A stretch of DNA of 62,820 bases, filler included, from Chrysochromulina tobinii (lineage: Eukaryota), in assembly GCA_001275005.1 (NCBI GenBank). It is 7 parts of 7 records of this genome, joined end to end, with 100 filler letters (N's around TTAATTAATTAA, not from the genome) between each part and the next. Parts side by side here need not be neighbours in the genome. Positions count along the whole stretch, not along the records: positions 23,798 to 41,891 come from JWZX01000136.1; positions 41,992 to 45,662 come from JWZX01000137.1; positions 45,763 to 56,440 come from JWZX01000138.1; 4 more parts are not named here. One strand, written 5' to 3'. Made by a program: the position numbers and the translations under genes. Shown here one piece after another: positions 33,404 through 46,314 of this stretch (the first letter of the stretch is position 1; each line of letters opens with the position of its first letter). A model generated the notes under the pieces. That model ran no database searches and was not told where the DNA came from. It saw only the letters and a program-made list of their open reading frames with translations.

Positions 33404-36400
33404 ATGTATTCTGCACGATCTGCATCGCTCCGCCTGACGCTTGCGAAGGAGAAAAAGCAGGAGAGGAAGGAGGCGAGAGCCCTGCGGATCGCCGCTCTCC
33501 AAGACAAAGACGAAGAAGCGGCAGTGGAGCTCATCGACTACGGCAAAATCGCGTTTACACAACACAACTCGGGGCAACCTGCAGAATACATTCTTGCCAA
33601 GGGCGCCACGGACAAGAAGCTGGTCGCCAAGCAGATCATTGCCGCATGGAAGATTACGGAGCCGGGTGTAATGATCCGTGCCGCGGGCTCAGTCAACCTG
33701 AAATTGCTCCAGCACCTCGACTCCGACGACGTCGAGAACATCCTCCAAGGCGTGCTGGCGACTGCGGCTAGGACGGGTGGGTGCCTTCAATCGAATGGCC
33801 TCAACTTTGGCCTTGCGAGCCTGCTCGGAGCGTGTTTTGCACGCATACGTCATCGCTGCCCTGTACCTCTCGTGGGCGTCCTCAGCTGGGCGGCAGTCCA
33901 AAACCGCGAAATGATCGTGAGCGAGGAGGATATCGACAACGAGTTTGTCCCAAACAAGGGCCTCAAGCACAAGTACTTGGACGGCGCGCCAGAAGAAGGC
34001 CTGGGGCGCTACTCTCTGCAGCCCGCGCACACCCACTTCGTCTTCCTGAAGGCAGACAAAGCCACGCTTGCGGCCGCGGGGAACACTCCTGCGGAGCAGC
34101 TGCGTAACGCCCGGATCCGTGCGTTCAAGGCCGCGCACGCCGTGGAGAAGGAGATCGCCAACGCAAGCACCGGCCGTTTCATGCCCGCGCGCGTCCTGGT
34201 CATCTTCGGGGGAGATGAATTCACGCTCAAAGAGATCGACAGTTACGTGGACGGGAAGCATGGAAGGGTGCTGCTCCTCGCTGCTACGGGCGGGCTGGCA
34301 CAGGCTCTCGGTCAATTCATGAAGAAAGGCGTCATCCTACCGGACTGGGAGCCGCATCGTGAGATGTTTGAGAAACTGATGTCGAAGAACCACGACGACG
34401 GCGTCTCGCCCAAGATGACCCCCAATGGTCGCGACTCGGCCTTGGAAGATGAGGACTGGAAGTACATCGCCATGACTGAAGTGACCGCAAAGGAGGGCAT
34501 CATGCATGCGATCTTGGACCTCGCGATGGAGCAGTGCAAGACGGCTTCCGCGAAAGTCGCAGCCGCGGTCAAATGGAATCACGCAGAGCGGCTGAACGAT
34601 CTGCTGCTCGGGACGCCGCCCTGGGACAAGGATCGTCCTACCTTGCTCAAGGAGGCGCTCGAAGATTCGCTCAAGCTGAAACACACGGACTGCGTGAAGA
34701 TCTGCATCCACCACGGGGCGCCGGTGGCAAAACTCGACCTGCTCGACCTCTACGACATGCTGTACGACTCTCATTCCCCGCCAATCGTCTATCTCTTCAA
34801 GGGGCTCCAGAAGCCGTCAGCACGGCTCGAGCAATGGCGGTCTCTGGGAATGAAGGTCGGACGGGATACTTCCGTCAACCTCGACGACCCGATCTACGAG
34901 TTTTTCCCAGTCGAGGCTTGGAACTTCATCGGTGCGATCACGCCTGGCCTCTGCAACTACTGGCGAAGCAAGATCGGAGACGTTGTCACGCAGGGGCCCC
35001 TGCCTGACGGCGGTCATGGATACATGAAGCTCGCTGAGGAGATCGACGTGAAGAAGATCACCGGGCCGAAGTGGATCGACATCTACCTTTGGGCCATCCT
35101 CCTCGGAGAGACCGAACTCGCCCTCGCCCTTCTGCCCGCTTGCCGCGAGCCTATGCGCGCGGCCGTGATCGGTGCGGGGATCGCCAAGGCCATGGCGAGC
35201 GCTCTGCCGCTGCACGCAGTGACGCTTCAAGAAGCGGCCGAGGAACACGAGGCGTACGCAATCAAGCTGCTGGACATGTGCGAGACTTTCGAAGATGCGT
35301 GGCGCATGCTGATCACCAAGTCCACGACGTGGACGAGGCCAGTGCTGCACCAAGCTGTGGCGGCGAACCTCAAGAAGTTCGTCTACCACGTTCACTGCCA
35401 GACGCTTGGTGACGAGTGGCTCTATGGCCGTGCCGACTTCGAGAAGCCCGCGGTCATGCTGAATGGCACCGCCTTCACAACCGCCAGGATGCTCCTTCAT
35501 ATGGCCGTGCCGTTGGATCCACCCTTGATGAGAAAGATGCTCAAGGTTGTACCTTCACCAAGCGGAAGCGACGCGGACGTCTCTGGCATGACTCCGAATT
35601 GTTGGGACTATTACACAATCCCCGCGGTGAAGCTGCTCGTACGCCTCGTCATGCACTTCCTCTATACGCTCTTGCTTTCGTCCGCCACCCTGCAAACACC
35701 GATGCCCTGGCTTCAGGAAGGTGCGCGCGACCGCGCTGCTGCACCCTGCGCACCCTCACCGCGCGACCCTTGCATTTCGTCTGACCCCACAGCCGTGTAA
35801 CGGCCGTTCGCCTCGCAGTGCATGATCTTATGGGGCTCGTTCCCATCGATTCTGCCGCGCACCATGGCGGCGGCTTGGAGAACAGCAAGCTCGACGCTAT
35901 TCTATGGATCTGGACCATTGCCTCTTGCCTGGACGAATTCTACAAATATGCGTTGAACCCAAAGACGTTCCAGGCATTGGGGTGGAACCTTTTCGACTAC
36001 CTGACGTTTACAGTTGTTCAGATTGGGTTGTCGATGCGCTTCGTGACCCTCGAGCGCTCCGTGGAGATTGAATGCTTCGCAGTGATCCTGGTCTGGGTCC
36101 GCATTCTCAAGTTCCTCCAACTCGATTACAACCTTGGTGTGCTGGTCATCATTCTCATGCGCATGACCAAAGACATTGTGGTGTGGGGCGTGGTGAACGC
36201 GATCGTGCTGATCGCATTCACCGTCGCCTTCGTGAGCATCGCCGACCCATACGTCGTCGAGTCGTCGGGGGGGGATCCGATGACGGCCCCATTGTGGGCA
36301 ATGCTCGGGGACTTTGACGTCCAGGAGTACCACGACTGGAATCCGTCGGTTGGCAAGACGATGCTCTGGCTTTACGTTATCTTCTCCAACGTCGTGCTTG

Positions 36401-36981
36401 TCAACTTGTTGATTGCGATGATGGGCCACACTTTCGAGACCATGATCGAGGAGGCGGACCTGGAATGGAAGTTTGGTCGACTTCAATCGATCATCGAGTG
36501 CAACGACCGTTTCTGCGCCGTGCCGCCGCCTTTCAATCTACCGATCACTCTCTTTGCATTCTTGTCCTTCATGTATCGCAAGGCGACCACCGGCACAGGC
36601 GAGCAATCCGCGAAGGCCAAGGATGAAGATCAAATTGCCGACATTAAGGTGGCAAACCAGAAATTGGATAAGGTGGCAAAGAGGCTGCTCTACTCGCTCA
36701 GGCGAGCTCAAGAGGATGCCACGGATATGAATGAGGTTGGGGGCGATGTGAGGACGATCATATCTAAGCAAGAGTACATGGATGTTCAACTCCATAAGAG
36801 GATGGACAAGGTCGAGGGCCTGATTAACGACCTCGCCGAAGTGATCATGAAGGGGCAGCATTCGACGACGGCCGGATGGCTGCCGTCCATGTGGAGCAGT
36901 CGGCAGGGAATAGCAGAAGAGGAAGACCCCGTGGCATCGGATCGAACAGGCGGGAAGAAGAAGAAGGCCGGAAAACAGTGA
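33404..36981 (+). CDS. TRPM-like cation channel; intron 35721-35818
   Basis: SLOG/MHR-like WKITEPGVMIRAAGS and LQPAHTHFVFL; YLWAILLG; multi-TM region with WNLFDY and NVVLVNLLIAMMGHTF; TRP box EWKFGR; VPPPFNL. Confidence 0.88.
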
Positions 36982-37680
36982 CGCCGGTTCAATTGGCGTC
37001 GGCCGCCATGATGCATGAGCAGCGATGAGCAGCGACAACCTCGTCGAGGTCGTCGAGGTTGTCGGACGTGATACTTCCGTCAACCTCGACGACCCGATCA
37101 AGCACTTTCTACCCCGCACCGCCGATTCCCAATCTTCAACTGAACTGAAGGGGTAGACTGAAGGGGTAGTAGGATGTTCTTAGATGAAAGCAGAGCGTCG
37201 CCCGACGGACGGGACGTGCCGCAGCATCACACGTCAGTTACGCGGCTGCTGTCATTGTACATTGACAACGCCGCAGTCCTGCAGCGCTGTGTACTGTACC
37301 TTATCCATGACCTTATCGGGTAGTCGATGATCGTAGCCATAGCTCAATCATGTTGATCATGGCCTCGTTGACCTCTCGAGTTGCGACCTGAACCCTGCAG
37401 GCTCCTCGTGTAGACTCGGGTAAGCTATCAGGCGCGGGCGCGTCGCTCAAAGGCAGCATCGCAATCCGCAAGATGCTGCAGCATTTGAGGAAGCATCTCT
37501 TTTATTGTCATCAGATCTGGCAGCTCCGAAGTAGTAACAGCCAAAATGCTACCTGAGCGAGCAAGCAATGCGCCTCTGGCAGTTTGGGGCTGTCTACGTT
37601 GGCACACTTGATGTAAATCGTTAAGCAGTCTCCTGCTCGGTGAAGGTTGATCGGCAGAATCTCACTCAGGGTCTCATCTG

Positions 37681-40200
37681 TCAGGACCCGAGCTTCCTGT
37701 GCGCGGCACGTTCAAGCACCTCGGATGGAACTCCCTCAAATGTCGCCCAGCCCGGCAGGCCTCCTTGGCGTAAGCTGGCCAGAGCTAAGGCAATCGGATA
37801 CAGATGCTCGCTACTTGGCCTGATACCGCGGGGCAACTTTGCCATCATTTTAGCTGGACATGTGCAGTCAAGGCGCCGCTCCACCGTTGGAGCTACGTCG
37901 GAGCGCGGCTTCAGGTTCGCCGCGAATGAACTCATGCCCGGCTGCATCACGCGGGAAAGAACAAGCTGCCGCTCGAGACTGCGCTGCAGGCGCTGCAAGA
38001 TCGCGATGGCATCGTCAAGAAGCTGGGTCTCGCCATCCGTTAGGTTCTGGACGGCGAGAACGAGCATCGCTTCCACTGAGTCAGTACGGCGAGCGAGTCG
38101 TAATGCAGAGCTTGGGATAGAAGAGCACCACCTGTTCATCTGCTGCGTGGTGTGTTCGAGTGCTTCGTGCGCCTGCATCTTGTTAGCATCTTGTGATGTT
38201 CCGCTTGCCAGAAGGCATATGTTGGTTGAGATTTGAGTAAGATTTGGGGTTGGCCTCGATGCCACCAGCCAATTTTTTGAGTCTCAGCGTCACTGTGGTA
38301 AATTGTGGGGCGATGCGAATAGATGCTGCCCAAGGATCTCCTCTTTACGTGAGTTGAGAAGCTATCTGAAGCAGATCTACTTTGAGGTCTGAATCGAACA
38401 CATCACCCATCGAGTGGTTCGGTTTTCCATGTACTACGTAAAGTAAGTTGCCAAGGCACTGCTGAAACAACCTCCGCGTGTGAAGTCGCACAGGCACTCT
38501 GTAAATATGTTGCCCTGAGCAAACGCCGCTTGAGTCTCCTTCACTTGTTGTGTACTTGTTGTGCCCATTTGCGCCGCTTTCAATGGGCACATCAATTCAT
38601 GCATCAAGTACACAATGGGCACAACAAGCACGGATACGCCTCCAGAGCTTCGATACTTCGCTCTTAAGAAGTGTCTGATTAGCTTCGCGTTCAGCTGCAT
38701 CCCGTGTCGTCTTCACAGCCTCGCGCTGCAGCCCGAGGTACCGCTCACGCAAGTATCCTTTCCACAAAAGATCAGGTGGGAGAGTAGCAGATGCTCACAT
38801 TCAGGGTGCGTCCGGGCCATTTTGTGAACATCAGGAGGGACCCCAAGACCTTGGAATGCAGCGGCAAAGTCATCTGGATTTTCCTCGATACACCGCAGGA
38901 GCTTTGTTTATTGCATACAAGCTCCACGCATACGTATTCGCGATCAGAATGTCGACAGCAACTCCTTTGAGAGCCCTGGGCGCAAGCTCCGGCGCAATCA
39001 CGTACCTCACGACGAACTCTTCAACGCCAGCGTTAAACTCGTGGAAAAGCTTCTCATCGCCATCTCAAAACGGATGTAGTGTGATTTCGCCATCCATCGC
39101 GCCACAATGTCGCCAGGTGTCAAACGTCTCCCTGAAGGCAGAGGCGCCGGAAATGCAGCACAAAGCTCCTTGTGCACTATTGAACCATCAATTTGTAGCC
39201 GACACGGACTGGCGTGAGCTCACGAGGCTGCCGAAATAGCAGGCATGCCAGCGAATCTGTGCAGCCTTCGACAGTCCTGATGCAATCTCTCACACAAATG
39301 TCCATTTCTGGGAGATGTAGGGAGATGCTGTTCCACGATGTGGTACACGCAGAACGCAGCGAACTCCGAATCGACGGCAAAGCGCATCGCTGACACGTCT
39401 TTCAACTCGGGCTCGAGGTTAGGTTTGGCTTGCTTGAGCACGGACCTCCGCGTCCACCAGTTTGCATACCATCCTGCCTGCATTTGCTCCGCCATGGGGT
39501 TGAAAAGTGGCTACAGCTCGCTCAGCTCCTTGACGCCAAGCCACTACCCGTACGGCAGCTCCGAGATGCCTGTTGTGACGACGGTCGCAGAGAGGAGCTC
39601 CACGCAGGCACGCAGGCACGCAGGAGATTTCGTGTCCAGCCAGCGAAATCTCGTTCGAGTGAGTTGAAAAGAGTCGCGCGCACTCCCACGGCGAATGCGC
39701 GGCCTGGGTGTACAAGAGGTTTGCGTTGCGCTCGCGGAGCTGAAGCTCAGGTCGTGTCTGTGGCGTACCTTCATGCGCTTTAGCAGATCGGAAGTGATTT
39801 GAGCTCGCTCTAGCACAGCGGCTCGCTCTCGAGAGCCAACCTCATCCTCGACCGGAGGCACAAGTGCCGCAAACGTGTTGGTATCACGCAAGTCAACCAC
39901 GTTGCCGCCAGCTGCCAGGAATCTCGCGACATCGATCTTGACGATTGGGTTGAACGGCGCAGCAAACTTGACAGCGCATTCCAGTGACGCAGTTGTTGAG
40001 ATGTACTGGGATCCACGCCACTTCGAGCTACTCCCTCGGAGCACATGTTCACTTACGCTGCAAATTGCCGCGGGATCTTTTGGCTGCAGGCGAGGTCACC
40101 TCTGGTGCGAAACTGGTTGTGTTCGTCGCTCTCTTCACGCAGGGTACGATAGACATGATTCGGCAGGGCCAGCACCGGCAAGTACCGCACCGCGAACCGA
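37681..40200 (-). pseudogene. Decayed large gene with an N-terminal ADP-ribosyltransferase-like domain
   Basis: Fragments in shifting frames: HVYRTLREE, LQPKDPAAICSVSEHVLRGS..SQYISTTASLECAVKFA, ARLFSTHSNEISLAG. In-frame stops and frameshifts follow; visibly lower GC than the flanks. Confidence 0.5.
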
Positions 40201-40528
40201 GGTCGAAACATCGTGCGCGCAGAACTAATGCTCGGCAACACCACGATAGCCACAATCGTGCACCGCTGACACGCGACAGGGCGAACTGCGTTATTGAGAT
40301 TCGGCCACTTATTCGGCCACTTATCTATATTGTACGGAGATTGTGTACCGGTAGCCCTAGTGACGAAACCCACTGATTGCCTAATAAGTGGCCGAATCTT
40401 CTCTGTGCAGCGCATCTGTGAAAGGGATGTTGAAATTAAAGAACAGCCGCAGCCCCCAGGAGCCTGCCATAGGGCGAGTTTTAACAAATACTACCGCTCG
40501 ACAAGTTGCCTCACGCTTGTTCGCGTCT

Positions 40529-41371
40529 TTAGTCCCGCAGCAGGGGCCGACCGTTGCCGTCAGCAACGAGAGACAAAGGCATGATCTCTCCCTCTACGCC
40601 CGGAGGAGCCAGTGCTCTCATCCGTTCCAACACCTCGCCCAGTGTGGGGTTGGTCTCATTGATCCATCGTCGGAGTGCGCGGACGTTCTCTTCGCCAAAC
40701 ATGGCAACGCATGGCGCAGCCCCCCCTCGTGCGATGGATGCCATCTCAGGAAGCTTGCGATTGGCGTAAGCGCCAAGGCGCTGCGTAAACAGGAGCTCTC
40801 GAGCACCGTTGAAGGCGTGGACATGGCCCCGCTCGATGGTGGCAAAGCCAGCCCCAAACCACAACTCGTACTCCCAGCTCTGCTCGAGCTGCCGATCGGT
40901 GGTGCGCCTATAGGAGAGGATTGTGCCTCGAAAGCATCGCTGAGTTGCCTCGTAACATGCCTCAACGAACGGCTCGATCATGGTGCTTCCATCTGTGTCG
41001 ACGTATTCCTTGTGCCCACTCGCTTCATCATGAAAGTGAAAGGAGACATGGCTGGATGAGTCTGAATCGAAATGCGCAGTTTCGAAGACACAGCCCCATA
41101 ACCTCAAGGGTGCTGCATCATGGCTAGATCCATCAGCCAGATCCATCAAACTCGAGGACGCGATGAATGAACGGCACACAGGGCAAAAGCCGAGACCTGC
41201 CGGAGTCACCTCACCACTCCCTGTGTCAAGGGCCGCACGAATGCACCGTCCGCAAAAGACGTGTGCGCACGGAGTCCTTACTGGATCTGACAGCTCCGCG
41301 AGGCAGATTGGACACTCGCTATCACGATCATAGGTGCCGACTGTTGCGATCTCGGCCGATGTGTCCGGCAT
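40529..41371 (-). CDS. C3HC4 RING finger protein
   Basis: CPICLAELSDPVRTPCAHVFCGRC...CPVCR. Confidence 0.85.
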   Translation of the reverse strand: MPDTSAEIATVGTYDRDSECPICLAELSDPVRTPCAHVFCGRCIRAALDTGSGEVTPAGLGFCPVCRSFIASSSLMDLADGSSHDAAPLRLWGCVFETAHFDSDSSSHVSFHFHDEASGHKEYVDTDGSTMIEPFVEACYEATQRCFRGTILSYRRTTDRQLEQSWEYELWFGAGFATIERGHVHAFNGARELLFTQRLGAYANRKLPEMASIARGGAAPCVAMFGEENVRALRRWINETNPTLGEVLERMRALAPPGVEGEIMPLSLVADGNGRPLLRD

Positions 41372-41520
41372 GCCGTTTTGCAAAAGTGAACGCTTGTGAA
41401 TGGACGTTTTGATGTGTTGTGAATGAATGGACGAGTCGAGCCGCCGGGGTTGGGCCGCCGGGGTCGAGCCGCCGGGGTTGTCCAGTGTGTGTCCCGGCTC
41501 CCCCCGGTGTTTTTAAACTT

Positions 41521-41726
41521 GGGAGCGGGAGGCGGCAGGGTCGGGTTCGCAGGGGGCGGCCTCTTCTGAGTCGGCCGCGGGGAGCGGTCTGCTCCGGGGC
41601 TGCGGCTGTTGAGTCGGCCGCGGACATCCGGCCGTCGCACGGTCGTGCGGTACGGGTGCCAATTGGCGGGTGCGGTGGTCTGGGTTGGCTTGGTTGTGAG
41701 GTTCGTCAGTATGATCCGTGTGCCCG
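41521..41726 (+). repeat. Dispersed ~205 bp repeat, copy 2
   Basis: Aligns with 26169-26373; lies just upstream of the RING gene. Confidence 0.85.
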
Positions 41727-41991
41727 ATTGTCCCACTGCTCAGGAGGGCCGCGCGCGCACGCGCGCCCGGACGGACGAAGAAGCTCGACCGCAAATCTCG
41801 CAAACTTGCTCGCATCCGTTAACGAAACAAACCAACACGGCGCCAGATCGTGCGGCGCGCGCAACAGCGCCGACGAGTGGGGCAAGCGGGCNNNNNNNNN
41901 NNNNNNNNNNNNNNNNNNNNNNNNNNNNNNNNNNNTTAATTAATTAANNNNNNNNNNNNNNNNNNNNNNNNNNNNNNNNNNNNNNNNNNNN

Positions 41992-44900
41992 CTCGTCGAT
42001 CTCGTGCAGGGTTCGGACCTGCTTGTTGTCGCTGATGTAGCCGATCAGGCCGGTGAGCAGGCCCTTACCGCCAATCCAGCTGAGGCCCACGCCGAAGTGG
42101 CGTTTGGCTGGCTTGCCCATGACAATGTTTGCTCCACGCGGGCCCAAGTGGCAGATCCAGGTGACCAGGTTGCGCACCGCGCGCTCGACGCCGACCGTGA
42201 TGTTGCACGGGTCGTCCGTGTACCAGAACGACTTGGAGAGCGCGCACTCGGCGCGCCCAGTCAGTGCGGCGAGCGCCTCTCGCTGAATGCACCAGCCGTC
42301 GAAGAGGGTGTTCGAGGCGCGCAGTGCGATCACGTGGGGGACGTCGGAAGCGGCGCAGAGGCGGTCGTGCTCCTCCCCGATCTCGGTGTTGAGCCGTTGC
42401 GCCCAGCACGACGAGGGCGGGGTGCCCATCGAGAGCACACGCTCCAGGTAGTCGGCCATGGCGGGCGAGTGGTCTCCGGCGGCGACGGCCTCGGGATCGA
42501 GAAGGGCAATGAGCGCATCACGCCGGGACGCGATGGAGATCATGAACTGGAAGAAACAGTCGGCCTCGTCGTCCTCCTGCGTCAGCACGGGCTGGTGCAG
42601 CAGCGCGCCAGCGTGGGCAAGGATGCAGACGCTGAGCATGAGGTCGACGAAGAGCCATTTGAGCTCAGGCGGGTGCCGAGGGCGCAGCGCGTGGGCGCTG
42701 ACAGCGAGCTCGAGCGCCTGGCCGGAGAGGCCGTCGGCTACAGCCATCGCGCGCGCCTGAGAGGGAGTGGTTGAGGATGCCGCGAGGCGCAGCTGCGGAC
42801 CCTGGAGGAGGGCGGCCATCGGCTGCTTGCGGAAGGCAGGGGAGTGGCGCAGCCAGGAGGGCCTGCTATTGGAGGCACGGTGGATGGTCTTGGAGTCGTC
42901 CCAGCCACACGATACGCCGACGCTGTGAACCACCGTCTTCTTGTCGAGGGTCATGCGCTTGCGCCTGGGGGCCTTGCCGTCGACAATGCGCCGGTCTCGA
43001 CCAGGGTCGGAAGTGCGGTGCACCGTGCCGTTGGCGCCGAACACGCACGGCAGGCTGTGGATGCGGTAGCCCTCCGGAAACAGCTTGACGTCGTATCGGT
43101 TGAGGTTCGTGAGCCGCAGCATCTCTTGATGGACTGACCGGAGGCCACGCTTGTAGATCGACAGCATGTGGTCTTGCACGATCGTGATCGGCGGGCGCTC
43201 CGTCAGGTACGAGAAGCCGTGAGTGACCACCGCACAGCGCAGCCCGCGGTCGATCGAGCCAGACAGGAAGTTGTCGAGGTACTGCACGTTCCAAATCGGC
43301 GGAGGGGGCTTGGAATGGTCACGGATGACGATCTTCCCGTCGATCTCGTCGAGAACGTGGCCCGCCGCCACAAGCTTGGCAGCCCATGGTTGGTAGCCTT
43401 CAGGTCCGAAGGCGAGGAATCGAGGGGCCGGGGCCTCCGTCATGTCACCCGTGTGCTGCAGGCTCCACAGCAGGCGTTCGTGCAGGCGCGAGCGCGCCAG
43501 ATGCAGCTCGCGAGCGTACTCGGGGAGCAGCGCATGCCGCTCGAGCGACGTGGCCCACGCAGGGACGAGCCGCGGGTCCGGAGCAGGTGGCAAGGGCGCC
43601 ATCGGGTCTGTCGGCACGGGCACTCCATGCGACGGGAAGGGCAGAGCAGCCAGGCGGGGGTCGTCGGCACGGTAGCACGACTCGCGGAGCGTCTGGTTGA
43701 TCTCGTTGAACGCAGGAGCACGAACGGCGTCGTGCCACTCGCTCAGCGTGTCCCTCACGTCGGCAGGCAGCTCGGGATCGGCGCAGACACGCCGGATTTC
43801 CGTGCGCAGCGCTTCCGTGGTCGCCATGGCCTCGGGCACCACCTCAGTGGCCCAGGACATCTTGGTGGCTCCTGAACGCACGGTGCCGCCGGGAGGGAGG
43901 ACCGCGGTGAGTTCGAGCGCGCCGTACGTGATGCGGGCGTGCTGGAGGACCTCGGTCGGTCTCGACATCTCGAGCAGGCCGGTCCAGGCCCCTCCCATCG
44001 CAAGGTACAAGCGCCCAGACAGGGCATTGGCGGATGCCCAGGCCAAGGTCGGCCCGGTGTGAGCAGCGAGCTGCGCAGGGGTGTCGACCCTGCCTGATGC
44101 GAGGTCAGCAGGCGGCGGGTCCGCCACGAGGGACGCGACGACCAACAGCGGGCGCTCACCCCGATGGTCGAGCGTCAGCTGGTAGTAGGCGAAGATGTCA
44201 GTGCGAGGCGCAAAGAGAGCATCGACCCACGCTTGGGCGGGCTGTGAGCACGAGTCACGGCTGTCTGTCGCGCGGCGTGTACCAAAGGCGGCACCGCCTC
44301 CCGGGAGGCCGACGCGGGGCTCGGCGCCGTCGAAGCACAGGGGGAGGAGCAGGACGGCTCCGGCCGGCGCGAGCTCGGCGTCGAAGAGGGGGACACCAAG
44401 GACGTGAGGGCCAAGGCGAGGTTGCGAGGGCGCAGGTGGCAGCGTCGAGCTCGGCGGTTCGAGGAGCGTGCTGAGAGCTTGGCACAGCTGTACGGCAAGC
44501 CCACGGGGAATGCGAGCAGGGCGGTTCTGACCACCCAAGCGGATCAGCGGGTAGCGGTGCTGCCCGTGTGGGTGAGTGCAGATTGCCAGCGAGAGGTTGC
44601 CCATGAGCGGCTCGAGCTCGGGCGAGAATGCCATCGTGTCGTACCCTTGCTCGTACATGCCGGCGTCAGGCCCGCCGGGGGCAGAACAGTGGGCAAACGT
44701 GACAGAGTGGGCATTGGCGGAGGCGACGAGGCGGCGCGTCCACGACATGTCCCACCACGACCCGTGATGGGCTGTGATGCCCGAAGGGTCCCAGAAGCGC
44801 CCGCCGAGGAACGTCGCGTCGTGCCGCGGCGGGGGGTGCATGGCGACAAGGAGGCCGTCTCGCAGCACGACCCGCTCGGCGAGCGTCGCCCCACGCTGGT

Positions 44901-45528
44901 ACACGCGTATGGCCTCGCGGAGCTCCTTGCGCGCCCCCGCGGGAAGATCCCGCTCGCGGAGTCCGTCATGATTGTCGGGGCCCTTAAAGAGCACCGGGGG
45001 ACCTGGGGCCGTGTCGTAGATCCTCGAGACCGAGCAAGGGGAGCAGGGAAGGCTGAGGATTACGGCCCCGAAGGCGCCCTGCTCGCACCGCTCGAGAAGC
45101 TCGAGGTGAGTAGGGTCATGTAGCAGGCCACCTGCGTCGCGACCTGCCGCGATCTCCACCGTCTCGATGCCTTGGGCGGCGAGGAGGCTTTTAAGACTCG
45201 CCGCGCGGTCGCATGCGCTCGGGCACAGAAGCAACACCGCTCTCGGCCTTCTCGCCGCCGACGTGGGGCGGGCAGGAAGGTAGCGCGGCGCGTAGATCAT
45301 CCCCGCGTGGGCCAGGTCAGCGGCCAGACTCAGTGAGCTCGGGTCGGTCGAGCTGGCGCTAAGCAGGGCTAGGAGGTTCGCCCGTGTCTCAGCAGGGGGG
45401 GCGTCCCCGCCACGCCGAAGATCGTGATCGTGCGGCGGCGGCTGCTGCCCCGCGTCGTCGACGACCGCGCCAACAGCGGCGATTGGTGGCGCCAGTAGCA
45501 GCGGCGGGGCGGAGGGGACCGCCCCCAC
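41992..45528 (-). mobile_element. DIRS-like retrotransposon pol ORF (partial, gap-bounded): DNA cytosine-methyltransferase-like domain plus reverse transcriptase
   Basis: RT motifs EDDEADCFFQF, VLSMGTPPSSCWAQR, WYTDD (42211-42222), LSWIG. Upstream DNMT-like segment GAVILSLPCSPCSVSR...VTFAHC...CTHPHGQH...ARIPRGLAVQLC. No termini or tyrosine recombinase visible. Confidence 0.75.
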
Positions 45529-46314
45529 GCCCAGCCCCGGCGGGAACGGGAGCCGCGCGCGAGCAGGGAGGAGACCGCCGCGAACCGTCAGGTCGGTGTC
45601 GTTGACCAGCGGTGGGGGGGGCTCCGTGTCCCCGTTGCCCCATCTGAGGGACGGCCCGGGGANNNNNNNNNNNNNNNNNNNNNNNNNNNNNNNNNNNNNN
45701 NNNNNNTTAATTAATTAANNNNNNNNNNNNNNNNNNNNNNNNNNNNNNNNNNNNNNNNNNNNAGATGCTCACTGCTGCCCCGACCGAGGCCCCGCGGCAG
45801 AAACAGAGCCTCGGTCGATTCGAGCATGGGTTATCCAGGAAGCAGGGACCGAGGCGAAAGCGCTGCCTTGAGCCGAGGTCGAGTGTTTTGAGTGCGGAAA
45901 AGAAAGCACAGGAAAACGACTGGGTATCCACCCCTATCTCCACGCGCCGCGCCCGGCCATCTAGTCTCCACGCGCCGCGCGCCCCGCCATCGTCGCCTCC
46001 CCGCCTGGTGCGTGTGCGTAACCCACAGAGGTTGCTGCCTCGCACCGATGCCGGCGCGGCTGCGGCGTGCGCCGCAGGAGCTGCGCCCGCCGCCGACCCG
46101 CCCGGCTGCGTGGGAGGCGTCCGTAGGTGGCGTCCGCGGTTTCCGCTGGCCGGGTCCGGGTGCAAGTTTTTGTATAGAGAAAGAAAAGAAAAGCGGGTCC
46201 CCAGCCCTCGCCCCCTGGGCCCAATATTCGTCGGAATTCCGAGTGCACTAACCCTTTCTTCGCCGGCGAGTGGGAACGGAAATCAAGGCGGGCAGTACTC
46301 CGATCATATCCGTG

